Source: a virus
Lineage: Duplodnaviria; Caudoviricetes
IMG/VR virus record: IMGVR_UViG_3300028591_000212
Span: 677 to 64,676 of that record
Strand: one strand, 5' to 3'
Length of the DNA stretch: 64,000 nucleotides
Shown: piece by piece, positions 35,770 to 45,618 of the stretch
Layout: every line of letters begins with the position of its first letter
Position numbering within the stretch: the first letter of the stretch is position 1
Notes under the pieces: model-generated
What the model was told of the DNA's origin: nothing
Databases searched by the model: none
What the model saw: only the letters and a program-made list of their open reading frames with translations
Position numbers and translations under genes: made by a program

Positions 35770-37020
35770 ATGCATTCAAGCGTAAAAACAAACTCTCCTA
35801 TTGAAATACTGAATATAACTCCAGTAAATCCATTGATTTCTAAATGTCAAATTAAGGTATGCTATGTAGGAGAACAACCAAATAGAAATGGCTCTGTTAT
35901 CACTAAGGAAGTTGCTACAGAAATGGCAGCAAGCTTACCTGGTTCTCCTATTGTAGGATATTTTAATAAAGACACAGGTGATTTCGAAGGGCATAATCGT
36001 GAGCTAGTAGTTGAAGAAGATAATTTCTACTTCAAAGATACTACTCGTCCTTATGGCTTTGTAGATTTAACAGCTCCTGTTTGGTTCGAAAAATTTTTAG
36101 ACGATGGAGTAGAACACGAATATTTATGTACTGAAGGTTATTTGTGGACTGGGCAATATCCAGAAACGAGTAGGGTACTAACTAGAGGAAATAATCAATC
36201 TATGGAATTAGACGAAAGCCTAACTCATGGAGATTGGTCAATTGATGATAATGGTAATCTTGAATTTTTTATTATCAACGAAGCTATTATTTCAAAGTTA
36301 TGTATTTTAGGAGAAGACGTTGAACCTTGCTTCGAAGGGGCTTCCGTCTCTAAGATACAATATTCATTTGATGACAATTTCAGAAATGAATTATTTACTT
36401 TAGTAGAGCAAATGAAAAAAATCTTACAAGAAGGAGGAACGTCTGTGAAGGATGAACTAGAAAAAGAAGTTCTTGATTCTGAAGAAGAAGTTAAAGACGA
36501 AGAAAATTCTAATCCTGAAGAAGAAGTTAAAGATGAAGAAGAAAATAACGAATCTCCAGAAGAAGAAGATAAGAATGAAGAACCAGAAGCACCAGCACAA
36601 TATAACTTAGATGATGTTGTAGAATATGCTGAATTAAGTGCTCAGTATTCTGCCCTTGAAGCAGAAAAAAATTCTCTTGAAGCTTCACTTAATGCCGCTA
36701 ACCAACAGTTAGCTGAATTACTAGAATTCAAAAAAGGTATTGAGAGAAAAGAGAAAGAAACTATGATTAATAGTTTCTACATGCTTTCTGATGAAGATAA
36801 GAAAGATGTTGTTGAAAATATCGACAATTATTCTTTAGAAGAAATTGAAGCTAAATTATCAGTTATTTGCGTTCGCAACAAGGTTAGTTTTGACCTTGAA
36901 GAAAATAAAGAGGATGCAGCTCACGCTTCTACTGTATTCAATCTAAACGAAGAAGAAGAAGACGTTAGCACACCAGCTTGGGTAAAGGCAGTTCAGTCTG
37001 TTGCGAAAAATACAAAATAA
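35770..37020 (+). CDS. prohead protease / scaffold fusion
   Basis: N-terminal SLPGSPIVG..F.GH, QSME, LCILG....PCF; acidic coiled-coil C-terminus. Confidence 0.8.
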   Translation: MHSSVKTNSPIEILNITPVNPLISKCQIKVCYVGEQPNRNGSVITKEVATEMAASLPGSPIVGYFNKDTGDFEGHNRELVVEEDNFYFKDTTRPYGFVDLTAPVWFEKFLDDGVEHEYLCTEGYLWTGQYPETSRVLTRGNNQSMELDESLTHGDWSIDDNGNLEFFIINEAIISKLCILGEDVEPCFEGASVSKIQYSFDDNFRNELFTLVEQMKKILQEGGTSVKDELEKEVLDSEEEVKDEENSNPEEEVKDEEENNESPEEEDKNEEPEAPAQYNLDDVVEYAELSAQYSALEAEKNSLEASLNAANQQLAELLEFKKGIERKEKETMINSFYMLSDEDKKDVVENIDNYSLEEIEAKLSVICVRNKVSFDLEENKEDAAHASTVFNLNEEEEDVSTPAWVKAVQSVAKNTK

Positions 37021-37042
37021 GTCAAGGAGGAAATATTAACAA

Positions 37043-37738
37043 ATGGCTAAGACAAGATTAAGCGCAGCTAAATATGTTGATAAAGGTTACGGACAAGTAG
37101 AACCTAACCACCTTTCTGCTCAATTAACTGGACAGATTTGGGCTCAACTACCAGCTGATGCCGCTATTGAAAAATTAGAAAACGGCCAGTTCGTCAAATA
37201 TGACTATGAAAAAGGTTTAGTTAATTTTGAAGGACCAGGCGAATGGATGTTAGTATTCAACGAAATTAAGATTTACCGTGATGAATTGGCAGACCAAGAT
37301 TTCGCTATGATTAAAGGCGATTATCAAGCACGTGTTTATTCTCCAGTAGATGCAGGTTCTTGGAACTATGACAAGCAATCTAGATTCTACGGTGGTGTTG
37401 ACGCTGCTGGTAAACCTTTTGAAAAAGTTACTGCTCCAGAAGATGCTTTAGAGTTACATTACAATGAAGACCCATTCCATATCGAAAGCAAACACTCATT
37501 TGCTAAGATGCCAGCAGGCACTACAATGGTTCCAAGAGTATTTAAGACTAATGTTGGTGATATCTTTACAACTAACATGGTTGATGAAGAAGAACTAGAA
37601 TTAGGTAATATTCTTTCACCAAGAGATGCTGATGGTATCCTTGTAAAGAATGACAACGGTGATATGAAGTGGCAAGTTGTTAAAGTTTATGATTTACCAG
37701 ACAGAAATAAAGCTGTCAAGATTATGAGAATTGCGTAA
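37043..37738 (+). CDS. capsid accessory/decoration protein
   Basis: Between scaffold and MCP; GQVEPNHLS, ENG, GDIFTTN motifs. Confidence 0.65.
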   Translation: MAKTRLSAAKYVDKGYGQVEPNHLSAQLTGQIWAQLPADAAIEKLENGQFVKYDYEKGLVNFEGPGEWMLVFNEIKIYRDELADQDFAMIKGDYQARVYSPVDAGSWNYDKQSRFYGGVDAAGKPFEKVTAPEDALELHYNEDPFHIESKHSFAKMPAGTTMVPRVFKTNVGDIFTTNMVDEEELELGNILSPRDADGILVKNDNGDMKWQVVKVYDLPDRNKAVKIMRIA

Positions 37739-37757
37739 GGAAAGGGGTTAAATTAGA

Positions 37758-38843
37758 ATGTTAGATAATAAGAATTTATTAGCTCTTATGAAAGTCGTTG
37801 CTAAAGCAGACGCCTCTAAACCTACAGCATACAGCTTTAACGGCGAGAACTTCACATATGAAGCATTAAATGAAACATTAAGAAAAGAATTAAACGAATT
37901 AGTTGGTACAAATGCTCTTTATAGAGAAAACAAAAACCAATTATTCTCATTAATTGAACAAACAATTGATGAAGTATTACCAGCAAAAGTAAGCGCTGCT
38001 TATGACCAATTTGCTGAAACTAGACAATTTGCTCAAGGCGATAAACCAATCTTCAAGAGAAAAATGAGCTCAAGAACTCGTGCAAAACAGTTCGTTACAA
38101 GAGTAGGTTTAGCAGGTAGATACGAAGTATTCAAACTTGCTAAGTTCGAAGAGAGCTTCGAAGTTCCAACTAGCGCTATTGGTGCTGCTGGACAAATCGG
38201 TTTTGAAGAATTCCTAGATGGTAGAGTTGATTTCGCTGAAATCATTGATATCATCATGGAAGGTATGGATGAATTAATCTATAATGAAATCGCTGAAGCA
38301 TTAAAGGCTTCTATCAACCAATTACCAGCTGCTAATAGAGTAGTTTCTAATGGTTTCGATGAAGCAGAAATGGATAGATTACTTACTGTAGCTTCTGCTT
38401 ATGGTAACCCAACTATCTATTGTACATATGAATTTGCAGTTAGAATGATTCCTCAAGAAGCTTGGAGATATACAGAAGCTATGAAGGATGAACTTTACAG
38501 AACTGGCAAACTTGCTGGTTATAAAGGTCATAACGTAGTTATCTTACCTCAAGGTTTCGAAGATGAAACTAACTCTACTAAGGTTATCGACCCAGGTTAT
38601 GCATTTATTATTCCTGCCGGCGCTGATACTAAACCAGTTAAAGTTGCTTTCGAAGGTGGCTTACAAACTAGAGAAGTTGAAGGCGAAGATTGGAGCAGAA
38701 CTATTCAATGCTACCAGAAGGTTGGTGTATCTTGTATGTTAGCTAACAACATCTGTATCTTCGTTGATTCTAGCTTATTAGGCAAGATGACTGATTGGTA
38801 TTTAGAAGATACAGTTACAAATACTGTACATACAACTGCATAA
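37758..38843 (+). CDS. major capsid protein
   Basis: 361 aa, position in head operon, biased high-expression codons, followed by a terminator. Confidence 0.85.
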   Translation: MLDNKNLLALMKVVAKADASKPTAYSFNGENFTYEALNETLRKELNELVGTNALYRENKNQLFSLIEQTIDEVLPAKVSAAYDQFAETRQFAQGDKPIFKRKMSSRTRAKQFVTRVGLAGRYEVFKLAKFEESFEVPTSAIGAAGQIGFEEFLDGRVDFAEIIDIIMEGMDELIYNEIAEALKASINQLPAANRVVSNGFDEAEMDRLLTVASAYGNPTIYCTYEFAVRMIPQEAWRYTEAMKDELYRTGKLAGYKGHNVVILPQGFEDETNSTKVIDPGYAFIIPAGADTKPVKVAFEGGLQTREVEGEDWSRTIQCYQKVGVSCMLANNICIFVDSSLLGKMTDWYLEDTVTNTVHTTA

Positions 38844-38872
38844 TTACTAAATAATATAGTATAATATTAACA

Positions 38873-38904
38873 AGGGAGTGGGGATTAGTTCCCTGCTCCT
38901 TTTT
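38873..38904 (+). terminator. terminator after the major capsid gene
   Basis: GGGAGTGGGGA/TCCCTGCTCC hairpin plus T run. Confidence 0.65.
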
Positions 38905-38933
38905 AAAAATAGGAGAAAAAGGAGAAAACAAAA

Positions 38934-39512
38934 ATGAATGAAAACAAAAATTACAAAGTCACTAATCGTAGTGCAGGCAGGGTAGTTTATAAAATCCCTG
39001 AAGATGGTATTCGTAGAGAATTCCAACCAAGAGAAGTCAAGTATCTTCCTTATGACGAACTTGCTAAATTAACAATGCAACCTGGCGGAAGAATGTTGAT
39101 GGAAAATTATTTACTTATTGAAGCAGAAGAAATTACTTCAGAATTAAATATCCACACAGAACCAGAGTATTATCTAAAAGATGAAGAAATTATTGAGTTA
39201 ATTAAGCATGGTAGTCAAGATGAATGGCTTGATATGTTAGACTTCGCACCAGAAGGAGTATTAGATTTAGTTAAAGCTTATTCAGTATCAATTCCATTAA
39301 ACGATGTAGCTAAGAGAGAAGCATTATTTAATAAGACAGGATTTAGTGTAGATAGTGCTTTAGCTAATTTAAGGGCTGAAAAGGAAGAAGAAGGAACACC
39401 TGCTCCTACAAAAGCTCAAGGTAGAAGAGTACATAAAGATGCTCCTGCCGCTACTCCAGGTAGACGCACTAGTGGTGAAAAATATAAAGTAATTGCTGAA
39501 AAAGACGAGTAA
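38934..39512 (+). CDS. hypothetical structural-region protein
   Basis: 192-aa ORF, GGAG SD. Confidence 0.75.
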   Translation: MNENKNYKVTNRSAGRVVYKIPEDGIRREFQPREVKYLPYDELAKLTMQPGGRMLMENYLLIEAEEITSELNIHTEPEYYLKDEEIIELIKHGSQDEWLDMLDFAPEGVLDLVKAYSVSIPLNDVAKREALFNKTGFSVDSALANLRAEKEEEGTPAPTKAQGRRVHKDAPAATPGRRTSGEKYKVIAEKDE

Positions 39513-39533
39513 GAGAAAGGAGAAAATATACAC

Positions 39534-40124
39534 ATGACAAAATTCAGTGACGTGTATAATCGTTTCCTTGATAAAATTACTGATGATATGTATATGGTGT
39601 TAACACCAGAAGATACAGTAAAGGATTTACAACATTTATTAATCAATGCAATTCCAGGATTTGAATTTCCTCGTAAGAGGTTGGACGAATATCGTATTGA
39701 TGTAGAAGAAAAATATAATCATGAAGTTGAAGATGGTGAAATGATTATTGGCTATGTCTGGAACGATTTGGAAACTGACCAATATCCAGATGAAGCTCCT
39801 TCTCAGAAAGTCATCGTTGACCATTCTTATTTTGAAGCAGATTTAACTGCCGAGGAAATCAACATTTTGGCAATTTTGATGTTAGAAGGTTGGGTTCAAA
39901 GACAGGTTACTTCAATTGAAAATACTAGAATGAAATATTCTGGTACCGATTTTAAGATGACTTCTCAAGCCAATCATTTAGCTAAATTATTAGCCTTGCT
40001 TTCAGAGATACAGCGCCAATCTCTACATATGCAGCGTTTATACAAACGTAGAAGAACAAACGATGAAGGTCAGATTGAATCCAATTGGGATGTTCTTCGA
40101 CATGGAGTATATGATGCTAACTAA
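39534..40124 (+). CDS. putative head-tail connector/adaptor
   Basis: MTKFSDVYNRFLDKITD, F..DL..EEINILA.LM, FKMTSQANHL; synteny. Confidence 0.6.
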   Translation: MTKFSDVYNRFLDKITDDMYMVLTPEDTVKDLQHLLINAIPGFEFPRKRLDEYRIDVEEKYNHEVEDGEMIIGYVWNDLETDQYPDEAPSQKVIVDHSYFEADLTAEEINILAILMLEGWVQRQVTSIENTRMKYSGTDFKMTSQANHLAKLLALLSEIQRQSLHMQRLYKRRRTNDEGQIESNWDVLRHGVYDAN

Positions 40125-40422
40125 ATATGGATTTAATTTAGATAGAAAAGATGTTGTTAAGAATTTAGACAGATTAACTAATCAATTGTGAAAATTAATA
40201 CCTATGCGCGAAAACAATGAAGATTGACATAAACAACTTCAAACTGTATTAGTAGAAATTGTTGGTTTAAATGAAGTTTTTGAATTTGATGGCGACCAAT
40301 ATTTAGTTCTATTAACTAAGCTAGAAGGGATGCAAAAAGTCGATTTAGAATTTATTGATTATCGCCGCATGGTATTTGAATCAATTTCTTCTTTGAGGAA
40401 TTTATTTAAACACAATGGCTAA
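40111..40422 (+). CDS. hypothetical neck-region protein, missed by the ORF track (TGA=Trp at 40189 and 40225)
   Basis: MMLTKYGF...LTNQL[W]KLIPMRENNED[W]HKQLQ...; 103 aa under code 4. Confidence 0.75.
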
Positions 40423-41386
40423 AGGACATGTTATACTTGGCGGTTTAAGAAATTTAGAAAATCGCATAAATATTCGTGGCGGTCGCTTTCAACAAGACCG
40501 TATGATAGAAGATAAGTTATGAAGTCTAAACCACGCTATCAAATATTCTTATCAAGGCGCAAAAGTTAAACTTGTAGATGCAGAACAGGATAGTCGTCCT
40601 TGTCCTGCGTTAATTAATCCTAATAAATTAAAACCAAATTATGATGATAAGGTTATTTCAATACCTTTTGATTTTGGCTTTAAAGCAGGTGATGTATTCG
40701 ATTGGTGTAATACAGATACTAAGTGATTAATTTATTTACAAGATTTAACAGAGTTGGCATATTTTAGAGCTGAAATTAGAAGATGTAGATATGAACTTCG
40801 TTTTATAAATGATGAGGGAGAAACTGAAACTGTTTATGCGGCTGTAAGAGGTCCAGTAGAAACAGCTATTCCTTCAGTTCAAAAAAATAAAACGAGTGTT
40901 GATATGCCTAATTTTAGTTTAAATATTTTAATGCCAAAGACTGAAAGTACAATAAAATATTTTAAAAGATACGCAAAGTTTTATATGCGTGGATTTGATG
41001 ATTTAGATACTCTTGTCTGTTGGCGTGTTGAGGCGGTAGATAGCATTAGCATGCGTGGAATTATTGAAATTTCTGCGGAAGAGTACTATATTAATAAAGA
41101 CCAAGATGACGTTGAAGAAAGAGTTGCAGATGCTGTAATTTTAGAACCAATTATACCTGAGCCAAGTCTTATCAAAGGGCCAGAAAGTGTGAAGCCTAAA
41201 CAAAAAGCTAGTTTCACTTTTGTTGGTTCAAAACCTGGGCATTGGGAATGGGATGAAAAATTACCACTTGAAGTGGAAATTTCTGGTAGACAAGCAACAG
41301 TTTGTTGAACTAAAAATTATAGTGGGCAGTTTACTCTTAAATGCGGCGATGTGGAAAAAACCATAATTGTTGAGTCTTTGTTTTAG
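40415..41386 (+). CDS. putative head-closure/neck protein (TGA=Trp at 40520, 40724 and 41306)
   Basis: ATG 40415 in frame with ORF 40754..41308; GDVFDW..T.TK[W]LIY pattern; ends TAG 41386. Confidence 0.72.
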
Positions 41387-41404
41387 AGTTAAAGGAGATT
41401 TGTT

Positions 41405-42001
41405 ATGAAAATAGAAAGTTATAAAGAACCAAAATCTAGCTTTTTGTCTTTAGAAAAAGATTTAGATATTTTGGTTAGTTATATGTTACAAGATGAGCGA
41501 TTAAAAAAGCTATTATGGTATAGCACAAGAGATGCTCTTAAAAAACCAAATCTAACCGAAGATGAGACTTATGGGCTTCTTGGAAATTATATTAGAATTG
41601 TTCCTAAAATGGAAGTTATGCCAAATGTACAGGCTTATGTAGTAATATCATTTGATGGTTTTACTACAAATTCAAACAATCCAGAATTTAGAGATAATTC
41701 AATTATATTCGATATCGTTTGTCATTATGACCAATGGCAATTACAAGATTTTGAATTAAGACCATATAAAATAGCTGCTCAAATTGATACAATTATGAAA
41801 AATGTGAAATTAACCAATATGGGTAAAGCTTATTTTGCTGGTGGTAATCAAGTTTTAATAAATAGTGAGTTTGCCGGCTTTAGCTTAATGTATAATGTAA
41901 TCCATGGTGGTGAAGACCAGTATGGTTCACCATCAGGAAACGAGGTTGATGAACAAGCTTTCATAACTCAGTTTAATAAATTATTTAATAACAAGTCTTA
42001 A
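41405..42001 (+). CDS. putative tail terminator/completion protein
   Basis: 198 aa; FDIVCH..QW...RPY.IA..ID; synteny before the tail tube gene. Confidence 0.6.
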   Translation: MKIESYKEPKSSFLSLEKDLDILVSYMLQDERLKKLLWYSTRDALKKPNLTEDETYGLLGNYIRIVPKMEVMPNVQAYVVISFDGFTTNSNNPEFRDNSIIFDIVCHYDQWQLQDFELRPYKIAAQIDTIMKNVKLTNMGKAYFAGGNQVLINSEFAGFSLMYNVIHGGEDQYGSPSGNEVDEQAFITQFNKLFNNKS

Positions 42002-42714
42002 TGAATCGTATTGATTTAGGGCTAATGACTGGTATAGATTTGCCTATTCCGGAATGCCGTTTAACGATTCATCAACCTACAATCAAGGAAATTAGTTATT
42101 TGGGTGAGGCAGAATATATGGAAGGAATACAGACCATATGTATCGAAAAAGATTTGGACGACACTGCCTTATCCGACATTAACAATTTTCAAATACTTAT
42201 GACAATTTTAACCAAAGAGGGGATGGGTGATAGAAAAAATAAGGTGTTGGATGCCTTTAAACTTCTATTTCCTAAATACACTGTCACTTTTACCCCTCGG
42301 TCATTATTGTTTAATTTAAATGACGAGATTATTATTATAGATGAGGATAATTTTGAACAATTACAAGCGATTATAAGGCAAATTTGTTGTCTAAGCGGCA
42401 CAGACGGAGATACGTTTAATCCTGCTAATGAAGCTGCGGCAGAAATTGCCAAGAAGTTAATGCGTGGTCGTAAAAGAGTAGCGGCTATAAAGGCTAGCGA
42501 AAATAAAGGTTCTATCCTCGGGTTGTATATTTCTATAGTGACAGTAGCGTTGCATATATCGGTTCAAGATTTAATTAATTGAACCGTATATCAGTTATAT
42601 GACATAGTAGAAAGATATTCTTTATATACATCTTGAGATATAGATTTAAGAGCACGTTTAGCAGGTGGAAAGCCTGACTCTGAGCCTGATAATTGGATGA
42701 AAGTTATTCATTAA
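42001..42714 (+). CDS. hypothetical tail-region protein (TGA=Trp at 42580 and 42634)
   Basis: Read-through gives LIN[W]TVYQLYD..ERY...[W]DIDLRARLAGG...DNWMK; ends TAA 42714. Confidence 0.78.
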
Positions 42715-42748
42715 AAATTCTATATAATTACATTAAGGAGGAAATTTA

Positions 42749-43732
42749 ATGAAATTTGGTGTACGTGAGATTTGTGATGTTACATTAAGAGCAAAAGCTA
42801 ACATCAAAATCGGAAACAAAGTATTCTATAAGAATGAGCCTGTTCTTTTCTTTGACACCTTAAAAACTTCTACTTTAGAAGGCGCTTCTACTGTTGTATA
42901 TGCCACTGGTGGTAAAGGCAACGCTAGATTAGTCGCTTGGGAAGGTGAAAGAACTGTTACATTTACTATGGAAGATGCTCTAATTTCACCAGAGAGCTTT
43001 ATGGTATTAACAGGTGCTGGATTAATTGAACCAACAGAAGGCAAACCTATTTATCAACATATGACTGAAAATACTGATGACTTCGAAGTTCAAGAAAATG
43101 GTGACGTATATGTTTGGGTTAAAGAAAAACCATATATGCCAAGTGATAACAAAGACAACTATGCTTATATTATGGCATTTAACAAGGAAGGCGCAGCTTT
43201 CACTGAGCCATTTATCCCTACACATTACTCAGCAGATGAATTAGCTGCTATGGAACCAGATGCTGAGCATGGCGATGGCAAGAAGTATAGAATGGTTATT
43301 ACTTCTGATGGTCATGAAGATTATGTAGATAATGATGGTGATTACATTCCTTCAGCAATTTCTCAATTCGCTGATTGCAGACATATCATTGTTGATTACT
43401 ACACAGCTAAGTCTTCTAATATTTCTCAAATCGAAATTACAGCTGATAAATTCGGTGGAAACTACTACTTAGAAGCTTCTACTTTATTCAGAGACCAAAA
43501 TGGTGTTGACCTTCCTGCAGAATTTGTAATTCCAAACTGCAAGATTCAGTCTAACTTCAATTTCTCAATGGCTGCTACTGGTGACCCATCTACATTCACT
43601 TTCACAATGGATGCTTTCCCAGATTATACTAGATTTGATTATTCAAAGAAAGTATTATGCGCTATTCAAATTATTACACCAGAGGCTGAAACATTCACTA
43701 ACCACAGAGAATTCACACCTCACGCTGAATAA
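42749..43732 (+). CDS. major tail (tube) protein
   Basis: KFGVREICDV...GGKGNARLVAW...FTMED, F.M.ATGDPSTF.FTMD; followed by a terminator. Confidence 0.78.
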   Translation: MKFGVREICDVTLRAKANIKIGNKVFYKNEPVLFFDTLKTSTLEGASTVVYATGGKGNARLVAWEGERTVTFTMEDALISPESFMVLTGAGLIEPTEGKPIYQHMTENTDDFEVQENGDVYVWVKEKPYMPSDNKDNYAYIMAFNKEGAAFTEPFIPTHYSADELAAMEPDAEHGDGKKYRMVITSDGHEDYVDNDGDYIPSAISQFADCRHIIVDYYTAKSSNISQIEITADKFGGNYYLEASTLFRDQNGVDLPAEFVIPNCKIQSNFNFSMAATGDPSTFTFTMDAFPDYTRFDYSKKVLCAIQIITPEAETFTNHREFTPHAE

Positions 43733-43756
43733 TTTAAAAATAATAAGTAAATTATA

Positions 43757-43783
43757 AGGAGAGGAAAACCTCTCCTTATTTTT
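43757..43783 (+). terminator. terminator after the tail tube gene
   Basis: AAGGAGAGG-AAAA-CCTCTCCTT plus T run. Confidence 0.75.
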
Positions 43784-43797
43784 TTAGGAGGTAAAGG

Positions 43798-44949
43798 ATG
43801 CCTAACTTAGCAACTGCACGTATGGCTCAAACCAATATCCATGGTTTTATGTCAAATGTTCATTCAGTTATGAAAGGAAAATATGGCAAAGACCCAACAG
43901 AAAAAAGGGAACAATCTAAAAAATTAAGTAGATATTTTAGTAGAATGAAAAACTACTTAAGCCAGCAAAAAGATGCCATAAACGATGAAGTAAAAGCAAT
44001 TCATGCTTTGAATAATGAAGCATTAACTGGAGACCAAAAAGTTTTAGCTCAATTAGAAAAATTAGGAATATATAAGACTAGATATGGCGCAGTAGGTGGT
44101 AATTTTATGCAATCTGGAGGGCCAGAAGCTGGTATTTTGTTTGAAAAACATTTTGGTATGTTGGTAGAAGGTATTCAGCATGCGGTATATGAAGAACTTG
44201 GAAGAACTTTACCTGCTTCTTTAGACTGAAGTGGTACTAGTAATTCTATCTGAACTGGTGCTTCTACTGGTACAGTTACAAATACATTAGCAAAACAACT
44301 ATTTGGAGAAGCATCTAAAAGTTTAGAAAGAAGCATTAAAGAAGTTAATGCTAGCTCTAAAGATTTAATTTTATCTAATGTAGCTGTAAAACCGGATATT
44401 GATTTAGGAACATGAAATGCTAAAATAATTTTGCAACCAAAAGATGAATTACAAGAAATTTATCAATTAATTGCTGGCCATTCTTTTTCGTTAAAATCTT
44501 ACTTAGCAGATGATGATAATGCTACTGCTCATGATTTACGCCTTGGTAATAGTAATGTCTATCGTGCATATTTTGGTACTTTAAGTTATATGGGGTATGA
44601 CTCATCGGCTATAATTTCAAGCTTTTATCATGCTTATAATGATTATAATGATGAGCATTGTGAAAATGTGGGGCCTCATATGTATCATATAAGATTTATT
44701 TATGAATTAACTGGTGCAGGAGTTGAATATAGTAAAAATAGCGGTAGAGGTGGTAATAAAGCATTTGCTGATTTTTTTGTATATAATGCTCGTCGTTCTA
44801 ATTTAAACGAAAGTATATTTGTTAGGTCTACCGATGAAATTATATATGATATGATTTTTGGCACTAATCGAGGTACTCAAGTTAGTATAATGGGCAGCCC
44901 TTTTAAAGAAGTACGATTAGCAAAATCTTATATGAGAAGTGTTATATAA
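43798..44949 (+). CDS. hypothetical protein (TGA=Trp at 44227, 44251 and 44413)
   Basis: ORFs 43798..44229 and 44431..44949 share a frame with only TGA stops between them; 383 aa. Confidence 0.72.
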
Positions 44950-44958
44950 AATTATTAT

Positions 44959-44990
44959 TTGACATTATCCAAAAATTTTGGGTATATTAT
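44959..44990 (+). promoter_or_regulatory. sigma70-type promoter before the chaperone/TMP genes
   Basis: TTGACA...TGGG-TATATT; a similar TTGACA-N17-TAAAAT lies at ~53545 before the next tail gene. Confidence 0.55.
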
Positions 44991-45010
44991 AAGAGATAAA
45001 GGAGAACAAA

Positions 45011-45535
45011 ATGGCAAAACTTTCTTATTCAAAATTAAAATTAAAAACAAAAACTGAAATTAAAACAATTAAATATAATGATTGTGAGATTGAGGTTAAA
45101 ACATATTTACCAATAGCAGAGAAAATGGTACTTATTGCTAATGTAGTTCAATCTACTATTGATAATCCTAAATTTATAAATCCTATTAAACAAGATGTTT
45201 GTTTAAAAGTTGAAATAGTAAAACAATATACTAATATTAATTTTACTGAAAAACAATTAGAGGATGCTGGAATTTTGTATGATGAACTACTAGCAAGCGG
45301 TTTATTAAGTCAAATTCTAGAGATAGTTGGAGAAGCAGAATTTAATTATTTAGTTATTGCTTTAAATAAAGTGGTAGATGATATTTGGAAATATAATAAT
45401 TCTGCTCTTGGTATTATGGAAGAATTAATTAATCAAGCACAGAATTTAAATATGGATGTAGAAAAACTTCAAAAGACAGTAAGCAATCCAGAAAATTTGC
45501 AAACCATTAAAAACGTTTTAACCAAGTTAAGTTAA
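45011..45535 (+). CDS. putative tail assembly chaperone
   Basis: 174 aa between tail tube and TMP; EVKTYLPI.EK, YTNINFT..Q motifs. Confidence 0.6.
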   Translation: MAKLSYSKLKLKTKTEIKTIKYNDCEIEVKTYLPIAEKMVLIANVVQSTIDNPKFINPIKQDVCLKVEIVKQYTNINFTEKQLEDAGILYDELLASGLLSQILEIVGEAEFNYLVIALNKVVDDIWKYNNSALGIMEELINQAQNLNMDVEKLQKTVSNPENLQTIKNVLTKLS

Positions 45536-45618
45536 TTAAATTAGGACAAAGTTAAAGATAAATAGATATATAAGCAACTATCAAGTTGCTTTTTTAATAG
45601 GAGAGAAAGGAGTTTTTA